From contig JAABRM010000001.1 in NCBI GenBank assembly GCA_011390955.1, forward strand, positions 174,694 through 238,693: 64,000 nucleotides of DNA, written 5' to 3'. Made by a program: the position numbers and the translations under genes. Below, piece after piece: positions 11,236 to 20,945 of the stretch. Within the stretch, counting starts at the first letter, position 1. Each line of letters begins with the position of its first letter. The notes under the pieces were generated by a model, which was given only the letters and a program-made list of their open reading frames with translations, searched no databases and was not told where the DNA came from. The DNA comes from Oscillatoriales cyanobacterium. GTDB lineage: Bacteria > Cyanobacteriota > Cyanobacteriia > Cyanobacteriales > Laspinemataceae.

Positions 11236-11284
11236 GGTAAAACCTGATATAATCAATAGTCACTCAAATATTCCGTCCATGAAT

Positions 11285-11411
11285 TAAGTAGGTGAACATA
11301 ATTAATTGCACTTTTCTTTCCCCGCCGATAGGCTGTGGATTCCCGCCTTCGCGGGAATGACAGTCTTTTTCTCATTCGGTCTGTGGTGCATTTATTTCTG
11401 CCCGTCTACTT
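11285..11411 (+). mobile_element. MITE-like element copy B (same family as 9091..9219; 3' terminus slightly degenerate)
   Basis: Starts TAAGTAGGTGAACATAATTAATTGCACTTTT and ends TTTATTTCTGCCCGTCTACTT. Internal CCCGCCTTCGCGGGAAT hairpin. Confidence 0.75.
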
Positions 11412-11448
11412 GATTTAAAATAAAACCCTAGAAGGAAAATTTTTATCT

Positions 11449-12150
11449 ATGAAAAACCGCGCAACTTTTTGGCTTGTTTTTCCCTTAATGCTGGGCTTAT
11501 TTGCCTGTTCAAATTCCGGGGAAAGCGATCTCGCCGATACATCCACTGTGCCCCCTCCACCGGCAGAAAATCCGGTGAGTAACCCATTACCCGTTCCCAC
11601 AACTCCCCCGGCAGATATGGCCAATCAGCGATCGGGAACTTCCGGGAAATCCGCAGCAATGTCCCCGGAAATTCGCCAGCAAATTTTAACGGAACTTTAT
11701 AGTCAGCAAGAAGCATTAAATCTCTGCGATGGTTTCTTGGATCGAAACTATTCCCAAACCGAGTCACAAGTCTTCGCTTTAGACGCAGAAACTTATTTAG
11801 TGCATTTACAATGTAGTTTAGCCGCTTATCAAGCCAGTTTTGAATTTTTGACCTATCAGAAAACTGCGTCGGGCGGTGAATTTACGCCCATGAACCTGAC
11901 TGTATTTAGCGAAAACCCATCGGGAGAACCGACTGAAGAAAATGTGAGAACTTTGGGGGGAATGCCGACCTATGATCCAGAAACGCGATCGCTGACTATT
12001 TTTACCAGATTTAGAGGATTAGGTGATTGTGGTTCATTCGCCAACTATCAACTAAAAGACGGTCAATTTCGCCTGGTGAAATACCAAGCAAAATTTGCCT
12101 GTGATGGCAATGCGATCGACCCAGAAACATATCCGCAAATTTTTCCTTAG
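11449..12150 (+). CDS. Hypothetical lipoprotein
   Basis: Signal peptide with lipobox LGLFAC, then a Pro-rich linker. No recognisable catalytic motif. Confidence 0.55.
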   Translation: MKNRATFWLVFPLMLGLFACSNSGESDLADTSTVPPPPAENPVSNPLPVPTTPPADMANQRSGTSGKSAAMSPEIRQQILTELYSQQEALNLCDGFLDRNYSQTESQVFALDAETYLVHLQCSLAAYQASFEFLTYQKTASGGEFTPMNLTVFSENPSGEPTEENVRTLGGMPTYDPETRSLTIFTRFRGLGDCGSFANYQLKDGQFRLVKYQAKFACDGNAIDPETYPQIFP

Positions 12151-12256
12151 AAGTATCAGATAAGTATCAGAAACCGGGTTTCCGCCCACATTGGGTAACG
12201 GGGGCAAAAATTATCGCCGAAATCCGGTTTTTGGGGTAGCCATTTAAATATCCCAT

Positions 12257-13897
12257 TTAAATATCAATTTTTACTTCTACTTGTGAATTGGTTAACCGAG
12301 AAACCTTTTCACTATCTTCAGGATCTAAGCGAATTTTTACCTCGACCACGCGCACATCTACATCAGCGGTGGGGTCTGTATCTAAAATATCTCGTTTGCC
12401 AATTTTCCAGCCAATTTGATCTACAGTTCCCGCCAATTCAGAGGCGATCGCATCACTGGTAATTAAAGCCCGTTGACCCAAACGGACTTGGGAAATATCT
12501 GTCTCATAAATTTCTGCCACTACATACATTCGATCGGTCTGACCAATCTCAACAATGCCATCATTACTAATTAACTCACCGGGACGAGTAAAAATATCCA
12601 AAACCCGGCCATTAATCGGGGATCTAATATAAGCTTGATCCAGGTCAACTTGGGCTTGAGAAACAGCAGCGATCGCTCGATCCACTTCTGATTGCGCCAC
12701 GGTCACATCCACGGGGCGAACTTCCATTAAACTATTCAAAATCGAACTAGCCTGATTAACTTGCTCATTGCCGGTTTCTAAAATTCGTTTAAAGTTAGTT
12801 TGGGCTTGAGTAATTTCGGCGTTGGAGGTGGTGTTAATTCGTTCTAAATTGGCTTTAGCTTCTGCGATTTGTTTATTCCCCGTTTGCATAATCCGGGTTA
12901 AAATGACTTGTGCTTCATTAATTTTTTCCCGACCCGTGATGAGCATTTCTTGGAGTACGGCATCAGCTTCTTTTAATCTTTCCTGACCCGTTTGGACTGC
13001 TAATCGTTTCGTATCAAATAATGACTGACTAATAGCCCCTTCTCGATACAGTTGTTCGTGACGCCAATATTCAGTTTGAGCATTGTCTAATTCAGCATAT
13101 AAGCGATCGATGGTCGCTTGTTGGGCCTGAATATTTCCCTCTAATTCCGCTGCCAAACGTTGAATTGTCGCTTCCTGGGCAGCTATATCCCCACTGAGTT
13201 GGGCCTCTAAGCGAGCGATCGCCGCTTCTTGGGTGAGAGTCTCCCCTCGTTGTTGGGCTTCGAGACGAGCGATCGCCGCTTGTTGCCCTTCCAACTCCCT
13301 GGGAATTTGGGCTTTCAGTCGGGCAATTTCTGCTTTTTGGGCATCAATATCACCAGTTCTTGTCCCCGCTCTCACTTTGTCTAAATTTGCTTGGGCAATT
13401 TTTACTTGCTGTTTGGCTACTTCCAAAGCTTGTAAAAGGCGATCGCGACTATCCAAAATAGCGATTACTTGCCCTTCTCGCACGCGATCGCCTACTTCCA
13501 CAAATAACTCTTGTAACTTATCTGAAGGTTGGCCGAGTCCTTGACCCCCTCTTGCTGACAGTTTGATCGTTTCTTCTTTCGGTTCAATGCGACCTAAACC
13601 GGAGATCGCTTTTTCTGATAATAAAGGGGGTAAAGTTTCTGGGGTAGAAAAGAAATTTACCCCCAGAGTTGACTGGGAATCGATCAGAATATAAAGAGAA
13701 AAACCGCCAGTAGCGATCGCACCTAATACCACCAGTGCGATCGCCCAGGTGGGGATGAAACCTTTGTGTTTTGTTCCCTTGAACAAAATACCCAGAGTTT
13801 TGCCAGCATCAGATTGAATAGACTCCCGATAAATGGGACTCTGCTGTAGCTGATTCTCTGGCATTTCATCAAGATTTTCTTTAAACCCCTCACCCAT
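12257..13897 (-). CDS. HlyD/DevB-family membrane fusion (periplasmic adaptor) protein of an ABC-type exporter
   Basis: N-terminal TM helix. Long coiled coil with repeated AIARLEAQ heptads. C-terminal beta-barrel/lipoyl-like segment typical of the HlyD family (RSPINGRVLDI...VVAEIYETDI...VDVRVVEVKI). Confidence 0.7.
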   Translation of the reverse strand: MGEGFKENLDEMPENQLQQSPIYRESIQSDAGKTLGILFKGTKHKGFIPTWAIALVVLGAIATGGFSLYILIDSQSTLGVNFFSTPETLPPLLSEKAISGLGRIEPKEETIKLSARGGQGLGQPSDKLQELFVEVGDRVREGQVIAILDSRDRLLQALEVAKQQVKIAQANLDKVRAGTRTGDIDAQKAEIARLKAQIPRELEGQQAAIARLEAQQRGETLTQEAAIARLEAQLSGDIAAQEATIQRLAAELEGNIQAQQATIDRLYAELDNAQTEYWRHEQLYREGAISQSLFDTKRLAVQTGQERLKEADAVLQEMLITGREKINEAQVILTRIMQTGNKQIAEAKANLERINTTSNAEITQAQTNFKRILETGNEQVNQASSILNSLMEVRPVDVTVAQSEVDRAIAAVSQAQVDLDQAYIRSPINGRVLDIFTRPGELISNDGIVEIGQTDRMYVVAEIYETDISQVRLGQRALITSDAIASELAGTVDQIGWKIGKRDILDTDPTADVDVRVVEVKIRLDPEDSEKVSRLTNSQVEVKIDI

Positions 13898-13926
13898 AAA
13901 ATATCAACTCAACATTTTTGGATTCA

Positions 13927-14973
13927 TTACTTTAGTTTGTCATAAGCGGCCAGAATGAGTTTTTCGGTTTCCTCCCAGCTAATACATTTATCTGTCACCG
14001 ACACCCCATATTTTAAATCCTTCAAATCCTTGGGAATACTTTGATTGCCTTCAAACAAATGAGATTCTAACATCATGCCCACAATTGAATCATGGCCGTC
14101 TAAAATTTGCTCGATCGCATTTTCAAATACCGCAGTTTGTTTCCGGTGGTCTTTATTAGAATTGCCGTGACTGCAATCAATCACAATTCTTTGGGGTAAA
14201 TCCGCTGCTTTTAAGCGTTCTTCCGCAAACTTGACCCAAGCCGCATCATAATTTGGCTTGCCGCCGCCGCCGCGTAAAATAATATGACAGTAGGGGTTCC
14301 CAGTAGTCTTAAATAAGCTCACTTGTCCTTGTTGATTAATCCCTAAAAAACTGTGAGGTTCTCTAGCGGATTGCATCGCATTAATCGCCACTTCAATGCT
14401 GCCATCGGTGCTATTTTTTAAGCCAACTGGCATCGAAAGTCCGCTGGTCATTTCCCGGTGAGTTTGTGATTCAATCGTCCGCGCACCAATAGCAGCCCAA
14501 GAAATCAGTTCACCAATATACTGAGGCACAATGGGATCGAGAGCTTCGGTGCCCGCAGGTAATCCTAACTCAGCAATTTTCAGCAACAAATTCCGAGCCA
14601 AAATTAAGCCCTTATCAATATGGAAAGAATCATCCATATTTGGGTCATTAATTAAGCCTTTCCACCCCACCGTTGTCCGGGGTTTTTCAAAGTAAACCCG
14701 CATAATTAGCAGCATCTTATCCCGCACGCGATCGGCTAAAGGTTTTAGTTTTTGGGCATAAACTTCTGCGGCGTCGATATCATGAATTGAACAAGGGCCA
14801 ACCACAACAAATTTTCGGGAATCTTGCCCCGCAATAATTTTTTTCAATTCCGAGCGATAGGTTAGAACCGTTTTTTCAGCGGGATCCGTTAACGGTAACT
14901 TTTCTTTGATCTCTTGAGGAGTGAGTAAGACTCGCGAACTTTCAATATGGGTGTTAAATATTTCTTTAAGCAT
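13927..14973 (-). CDS. aroG: 3-deoxy-7-phosphoheptulonate (DAHP) synthase, class I
   Basis: VVVGPCSIHD motif and overall collinearity with the AroF/G/H family. Length 348 aa. Confidence 0.85.
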   Translation of the reverse strand: MLKEIFNTHIESSRVLLTPQEIKEKLPLTDPAEKTVLTYRSELKKIIAGQDSRKFVVVGPCSIHDIDAAEVYAQKLKPLADRVRDKMLLIMRVYFEKPRTTVGWKGLINDPNMDDSFHIDKGLILARNLLLKIAELGLPAGTEALDPIVPQYIGELISWAAIGARTIESQTHREMTSGLSMPVGLKNSTDGSIEVAINAMQSAREPHSFLGINQQGQVSLFKTTGNPYCHIILRGGGGKPNYDAAWVKFAEERLKAADLPQRIVIDCSHGNSNKDHRKQTAVFENAIEQILDGHDSIVGMMLESHLFEGNQSIPKDLKDLKYGVSVTDKCISWEETEKLILAAYDKLK

Positions 14974-15510
14974 AAGATGAAGCTTTTGGCAAATCGGTCA
15001 ACTTATGATTATATCTTCTACGGGCTAATTTTTTTCAGAATTCCGATCGATTCCTGGTTGAGGTTCTGTTGGTGGCGATCGCCTGCACTGACCACCAAGG
15101 GTTAAAGGTGATTTGAATTGCCGGTCGATCGCTTCCCCAGAGGGCGATCGCCTCACATCCGCCAATTTGTCGCTTTAGTTAAGCTTTGCTGACAATCAAA
15201 GTCAGAAAAGCCTTAGAGAGCGATCGATTGTTGTTTGCTACCAGAACACATGACCCTCCTATGGATTAAAATAGCCCGATTGCAAGGATTAGGGTCGGGT
15301 TTTGTTTGGGCAAAACTACAACGATAGGTACAACCATAGGCGATCGCTGTCCCAGTTTTAACTCTAAAAAAATTAACCAATTTCACACCCAGAGAACAAA
15401 AAAATTTTATATAGTTGTGTTCTCTGTGTTCTCTGTGTCTCTGTGGTTTTGCATCCGAGCGGAAAATAGACACAAAAAGTAATTAAATTGCGCTTTTCTA
15501 CTTTGTCTGC

Positions 15511-17031
15511 TTACTTTGGCCGTTTCACCCCTCCTTTACGTTTCACTTGAAAGCCATACAAATAAATTTCCGGCATATTAATCAGTCCATCAAAACGACT
15601 TTCAACAATTCCCAGTTGGAGTAAATATTTCAATATTTCTTCAGAGTTATTAGCCGGTGGTTTTTTTTCAGGTCTTTCACTCCATCGAGTAGATTGTACC
15701 CGATCTAAAAATGTCTCCCTGGGCATCGGAGCATTCAAACCCACTAAGCTAGTCTTCAGCGATTCTAACCAGGGGTATTCCTCTTGTAATTCCCGAATGC
15801 GATCTTCGGAAGTATCCATTAAAGCCCCCTGTAAATCAGAAGGTTGCAACAGTTTTGTTTCCGGTAGGTTCTGTTCAGATTGTGCGGAAATTCTTCTGCT
15901 GGCTGCTAAGGCAAATAATTTTAGAAAAGAACGTGGGGCAATTCGACCACCAGCATCTTGAAGGTGATTAGGAATCCAACGATAGGTAATTCCTTTTTTA
16001 GGAGCATTTCCCATATACTTACCAATCATCATCTCGATCAGTTGTTCCAACAATTTTTCGTTGGATGTGGCAGTCCATCCCAAGCTATTTTTTTCTTCAA
16101 TAATTAAACCTGGAATGTTTTGTAAATATGCTCGCATTTCATTACTATAATTGGCGAGACGCTTGACTAAAAGTTGGTAAAGCCAGGAATGTTGCCACTC
16201 CAAGCGAATTTGATGACCCGATAGTTTGGAAGCATCGGGAAAATTCAAAAATTCTTCTCGAAATAGATCGGTTCGCAAAAATATTTTCGGGCAGATTCTC
16301 TCCCAACGGCGCGATCGATCCAGCCATAAGGCTAAAAGTTCACGAATTGGGCTGGCTAAGGCAGTGTAAGAACTGACTAACCGATCTAATTCGTCATAAT
16401 TAACAAATAACCAATTATCGGTTTCGATTAATTTTTCATCTAATTTATCTAATACATCATTAAATTTTTCTAGATGTTCATTCACCAAAGGCAGCCAATC
16501 GGATAAAAGGGACAATTTTTCTTTTAGTTTATTGGCAATAAAAGCGATCGCTGGATCGATTTCGGCAAAAATAAAATCTTTTAGCTTACAGTCTTCTTGC
16601 TGTAGGATAACACCTAACATTAACCCGATCCAAAAACTGCGCCATTCAATGTTTGTAGCATTTGGCATCAGAGACTCAACAATGTCTGGTGTCGGAAAGC
16701 GCTTTTCTGCCTTGCGAGTCCGCCCAAAGCCAGCTATCCATGTTGTTTGGCTTAAAGGAGGTAATGCTCTAATTTTCAAACTTTCCACCAAAGCTTCCCG
16801 TCCTGAAGGAATGGCCAGTAAACGGAATAATTCTGTTTTGCCGACGCCCCGACCTCCTTGGATTAATAATATATTAGGTTCTAGTGCCCTGCGATAATCG
16901 GCAATCGGCAAAAAGTTTTTTAAGAATTCCTCCTCATTATAGCTTTCACCTTCAGCGGCTGCCCCTCCAGGGGCAATTTGACTAATTAATTCCAGTAAAT
17001 TTTGTTGATTAAATTCACTCATGGTTTTCAT
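15511..17031 (-). CDS. P-loop NTPase of unknown family (Walker A GGRGVGKT near the N-terminus), third gene of a three-gene operon
   Basis: LIQGGRGVGKTELFRLL Walker A. Candidate Walker B LFVNYDELD. No match to a named family that I recognise. Its start overlaps the upstream gene's stop by 4 nt (ATGA). Confidence 0.6.
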   Translation of the reverse strand: MKTMSEFNQQNLLELISQIAPGGAAAEGESYNEEEFLKNFLPIADYRRALEPNILLIQGGRGVGKTELFRLLAIPSGREALVESLKIRALPPLSQTTWIAGFGRTRKAEKRFPTPDIVESLMPNATNIEWRSFWIGLMLGVILQQEDCKLKDFIFAEIDPAIAFIANKLKEKLSLLSDWLPLVNEHLEKFNDVLDKLDEKLIETDNWLFVNYDELDRLVSSYTALASPIRELLALWLDRSRRWERICPKIFLRTDLFREEFLNFPDASKLSGHQIRLEWQHSWLYQLLVKRLANYSNEMRAYLQNIPGLIIEEKNSLGWTATSNEKLLEQLIEMMIGKYMGNAPKKGITYRWIPNHLQDAGGRIAPRSFLKLFALAASRRISAQSEQNLPETKLLQPSDLQGALMDTSEDRIRELQEEYPWLESLKTSLVGLNAPMPRETFLDRVQSTRWSERPEKKPPANNSEEILKYLLQLGIVESRFDGLINMPEIYLYGFQVKRKGGVKRPK

Positions 17032-18404
17032 TGATTAACTTTGTTGAATTCACGGCCAAAAATTAAACATAATTTTTCGGCAATATTCTGATAATGAAAA
17101 TCAGTCATTATTCTGACAATATCTGACAGTCTATTTAACTCTTCTGGGCTTGAGTTGCGGCTAAATAGAGCAATGTCTCCTCGGAGGATATCCTGATATG
17201 GTACAACAAAAGGGTTAAATGGCGCATCGGGATCGTTGGCGTTAGGGACAGTTTCATTTTCAGAATAATAGTTATTTTGAAAAATGGTGTAGGCTTGTTC
17301 TCGAAATTCAGTTAACTCTTGTTCCCTGCCCGTTATGCCTAATCCTGGTGCCATTGAATGTACGAGAATCAACGGCAAACGGTCATCAACTCCAGGGCTG
17401 GCTAAATGGCGAATCACATGGGTTAAACCCGCCCAACTTTGACGGGATTTCGTGCTAAAAATAACTGCTGCGTGGGAAAGATTCGCGATCGCCAAGCCAC
17501 CAATATCGTGAAAACCAGCCCGTGCATCCATCAGAATAAAATCTAAAGGTTTGGCGGCACTTTCTAATTCTTTTAACATATCTCCCATTGTCCTGCCGAT
17601 CTCACCATCGACAAGGTTTTGAAAGTCCAACCGGGCTAATTTTTCTAAGTAATCGCGATCGACGGTTCCTGCGGGAAGTAATTGGATGGTTTCGCCCTCA
17701 TCTCCGAGCAAAGTGCGATCGCTAATATTGATCAATTGAGGGCGAAGTTTCCAATTCTTTCCTTGCACCTTTTTTTCCAGTAAATAATCAATCACCCCAA
17801 AATTATGAGAGTCATCAGGTAAAAAAATTGTGGCCAGACCTGGTGCTTCTAAATCCAGATCGACAATCGCCGATCGATGACCATTACGAGCTAAAGTCAA
17901 TGCGGTTGCAACCAGGGTACTTGTTCGCCCCACACCGCCTTTAAAAGAGAAAAAAGATATGATGGCAGGCTTATATTTTTGATAGACTAATTCTGGTTTC
18001 CAAGGTGGTTGACCGACGTTTTTATTTGTCCATGCTTGTTTGGCAATATGACGCTCAAGAATATACCAGCGAAGTGTCTCTGATTCATCATCCCAAGATG
18101 CCGGTTCCCTTTCGGCTTTAATCGTATCAATTAAAGCTTTATAAGCATCTTGTTCTCCGGTAGGCAACCAAATATCATTCCCATAATAAAGCCCAAGGTT
18201 TTGAGAAAGAAACCGATCCAGGTGAGTTGTATTAACGGCTTCTGGTGTTTGTCCTCCTGATAAATCAAGAAACAGGCGAATTTTGCCATTCACATCACGA
18301 ATAATGGTGACAGACTCAAGCTTAGGTACAAGTTCAGATAAAATACTTGGTTCCTGAAAGCATTCCCTTACTTTCTCTAATGTTTGACCAAAAGCGATCG
18401 TCAT
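17028..18404 (-). CDS. ParA/MinD-like ATPase with deviant Walker A KGGVGR (KGGVGR-motif variant AAA ATPase) and a ~150-aa N-terminal extension
   Basis: FFSFKGGVGRTSTLVATALTLA motif. ParA-like fold continues with DLDLEAPGL. The N-terminal 150 aa are unassigned. Confidence 0.7.
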   Translation of the reverse strand: MTIAFGQTLEKVRECFQEPSILSELVPKLESVTIIRDVNGKIRLFLDLSGGQTPEAVNTTHLDRFLSQNLGLYYGNDIWLPTGEQDAYKALIDTIKAEREPASWDDESETLRWYILERHIAKQAWTNKNVGQPPWKPELVYQKYKPAIISFFSFKGGVGRTSTLVATALTLARNGHRSAIVDLDLEAPGLATIFLPDDSHNFGVIDYLLEKKVQGKNWKLRPQLINISDRTLLGDEGETIQLLPAGTVDRDYLEKLARLDFQNLVDGEIGRTMGDMLKELESAAKPLDFILMDARAGFHDIGGLAIANLSHAAVIFSTKSRQSWAGLTHVIRHLASPGVDDRLPLILVHSMAPGLGITGREQELTEFREQAYTIFQNNYYSENETVPNANDPDAPFNPFVVPYQDILRGDIALFSRNSSPEELNRLSDIVRIMTDFHYQNIAEKLCLIFGREFNKVNQ

Positions 18405-18407
18405 GGA

Positions 18408-18854
18408 TTAAATATCCTTACTATAAATTGAGCCATTTAGCACTAAGTTTGGGATGATTTTCCGGTAAATTGCTTCGGCAGCTTCAACCGCTAACTTTGC
18501 TTGTTCTTCAGTCCAAAGCGGAGACTTGGCATACCTTCTTTCAGGGTGATCCTGCGCTAAAACAGTATCAATGATTGTTGCACATGGAAGTTGTCGATCT
18601 AAAATGGGATAGATAACCCGCAACCTTTCCATTGCCCTTCCCTCAAGTTCATTGAGGTCATGTCCATACTTCTTGACGGCCTTTTTATCATGCTTAAAAT
18701 ATTGCTCTACCAGCAGTTTAAAGGAACATTCTACCACATAGCCCGCGAGGTAAACGGCGTTGTCCCAGCGTTGGTTTTCTAAGAGAATTTTGGCATCAAT
18801 CAGATGCCTCCCGGCTGAGTTGGAATAGGACTCTTGCATTGTCTCAGTAATCAC
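18408..18854 (-). CDS. Small HEPN-like protein (first gene of the operon)
   Basis: 148 aa. Helix pattern AVYLAGYVVECSFKLLV...KKYGHDLNELEGRA resembles the minimal HEPN fold (pfam05168-like), but a canonical Rx4-6H motif is not obvious. 3-nt gap to the downstream ATPase gene. Confidence 0.45.
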   Translation of the reverse strand: MITETMQESYSNSAGRHLIDAKILLENQRWDNAVYLAGYVVECSFKLLVEQYFKHDKKAVKKYGHDLNELEGRAMERLRVIYPILDRQLPCATIIDTVLAQDHPERRYAKSPLWTEEQAKLAVEAAEAIYRKIIPNLVLNGSIYSKDI

Positions 18855-19107
18855 GACTATATTTATTTATATCATTAAGGACAAAATGATGGACTTAATT
18901 TTTAATTTTTATGCCAGAGTTAGGGCGATCGCGATTCTAAAGCCGCTTAATTTATTTCATCCGCTGGGTTAACGGGGGGCGATCGCGCAGAAAAAAACGC
19001 TTTCGACTCCCTGGCTGCCACCACACTGACAATTCGTGATATCCTATTTAAAGGTTAGCCTGCTGCCCAGAAAACGTTACACGATAACACTTAGGAAATT
19101 TGCAATT

Positions 19108-20214
19108 ATGTCACTACAAGAAGAAATTGATAAAGTCAGACAAGAAATTAAGACAGATAGTTACTCAATGTCTATTGGCGAGTTGATCAGCCTTTATGAA
19201 CAGGGTGAAATCGATATTCACCCTGATTTTCAAAGGTTTTTCCGTTGGTCAAATTATCAAAAATCAACTTTTATCGAATCAATTATTTTAGGCATCCCAA
19301 TTCCCCCAATTTTTGTCAGTCAAAGAGATGATGGTATTTGGGATGTAGTTGACGGGTTACAAAGACTCTCAACAATTTATGAATTTGTCGGCATTTTGAA
19401 CCAAAATGATACAGATGAATATCAACCTTTTGTTGCTTTAGAAGCAACCACATACTTACCTTCATTGAAAGGTAAAAAGTGGAACGATCCCAATGATGAA
19501 CACAACTCTTTAACTCAATTTCAACGCCTATTAATCAAGCGATCTAAAATCGCCGTGAATATCGTGGCAAAAGAAAGCGATAAAATGATTAAATATGAGC
19601 TATTTCAGCGACTCAATACAGGCGGTTCGATCGCTACACCCCAAGAAGTAAGAAATTGCATTGTTTTAATGTTGAATAAGGATTTATATAAATTGATGCG
19701 TTCATTGGCAGATAGAGAGTCTTTTAAAAACTGTATTTCTTTGAGCGATCGCCTGTATGAAGAACAGTATGATATGGAATTAGTATCGCGTTTTATTCTT
19801 CTATACGAGCGAGATAATGCAAGTATTCAAGAGTTAAAGGGTGATGTTAGCGAGTTTTTAACAGTTGGCATACGCCAAATGGCTCTTCAAGAAGATTTAG
19901 ACTACCGTCGTATAGAAAAAGCGTTTGATGTAACATTTAATATTCTTAATGAAGCAATGGGAGATAATAGCTTCAAGCGATATAGAGCGGAAGATGATAG
20001 ATTTCTTGGAGGGTTTCTATTATCTGTTTATGAAGTAGTAGCACTAGGCATTGGATTCCACCACCAAAATCCAATTTCAGCGGATAAAATACCCAATCAA
20101 ATTAAAACTATTTGGTCACATCAAATCTATAAAAAATGGTCGGGGGCTGGAGTAAATGCGGCAAGACGCTTACCCTATCTGATTCAGCTTGGTAGAGAGG
20201 TATTTGCTCCATGA
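19108..20214 (+). CDS. DUF262 (ParB-like/GmrS-like) domain protein
   Basis: DGLQRLSTI motif (the DGQQR signature of DUF262) near the N-terminus. The ATG at 19108 is preferred over the ORF-track start at 19036. The stop overlaps the next gene by 4 nt. Confidence 0.75.
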   Translation: MSLQEEIDKVRQEIKTDSYSMSIGELISLYEQGEIDIHPDFQRFFRWSNYQKSTFIESIILGIPIPPIFVSQRDDGIWDVVDGLQRLSTIYEFVGILNQNDTDEYQPFVALEATTYLPSLKGKKWNDPNDEHNSLTQFQRLLIKRSKIAVNIVAKESDKMIKYELFQRLNTGGSIATPQEVRNCIVLMLNKDLYKLMRSLADRESFKNCISLSDRLYEEQYDMELVSRFILLYERDNASIQELKGDVSEFLTVGIRQMALQEDLDYRRIEKAFDVTFNILNEAMGDNSFKRYRAEDDRFLGGFLLSVYEVVALGIGFHHQNPISADKIPNQIKTIWSHQIYKKWSGAGVNAARRLPYLIQLGREVFAP

Positions 20215-20864
20215 GCATCCGAACTCTTGAAAACTTAAGCGATAAACTAGCTCAAGACTTGGCTTGGCGAAAAAGAGAACTGGCCGAAATTAAATCTTTA
20301 GTAGAAGCGAAAAAAAATGTTTCCGACCAAAGACATAAGGTATTAGTGAGAAGTGCGGTATGTATCCTTTATTCCCATTGGGAAGGTTTCGTAAAATTAG
20401 CGGCTAACGCTTATGTAGAATATGTTCGGCTAAAAAGGCTTACCTACCAGGATATTTCTACTAATTTTTTGGCTTTGGCCATGAAAGAAAAACTGAAGGA
20501 GGCAAAAGAAACCAATAAACCATCTTTGTATATACCCGTTTGTCAGTTTTTGATTTCAGAATTAAATCAACGATGTATTTTACCTAAAGATCCAATATCT
20601 ACTGCATCGAATCTAAACTCAGAAATTTTGAAAGACATCGCGGATATTCTGGGAATAGACTTTTCCCCCTACTTGACGAAATCTAAGTTAATCGATGAAA
20701 AGCTGTTAAAAACCAGAAACGAAATTGCTCACGGGGAGTATTCGGGGGTTGATAGGAATGAGTATATAGAGTTACACCAAGAAATTATCAATCTGCTGGA
20801 TATATTTAAAACCCAAATAGAAAATGCGGCTAGTGAAGAAAGATTTAAGCGCAAGTCACCTTAA
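20211..20864 (+). CDS. HEPN-family putative nuclease (MAE_28990/MAE_18760-like)
   Basis: C-terminal R-x4-H motif (KTRNEIAHGEY) typical of HEPN RNase/nuclease domains. Translationally coupled to the DUF262 gene (ATGA overlap). Confidence 0.6.
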   Translation: MSIRTLENLSDKLAQDLAWRKRELAEIKSLVEAKKNVSDQRHKVLVRSAVCILYSHWEGFVKLAANAYVEYVRLKRLTYQDISTNFLALAMKEKLKEAKETNKPSLYIPVCQFLISELNQRCILPKDPISTASNLNSEILKDIADILGIDFSPYLTKSKLIDEKLLKTRNEIAHGEYSGVDRNEYIELHQEIINLLDIFKTQIENAASEERFKRKSP

Positions 20865-20945
20865 GTTTATCAATCTGTAAATATCAGCAGCCTAAAAAAA
20901 ATAAAGATTAAATCGGTATTATAAAGCAAAGAGGAAAGCAAAATC

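Noticed and set aside
15213-15473. 86-aa ORF in the aroG / defence-island spacer
   Set aside because: No ribosome-binding context and no similarity. The region is full of HIP1 sites and TGTGTTCTC repeats typical of intergenic DNA.
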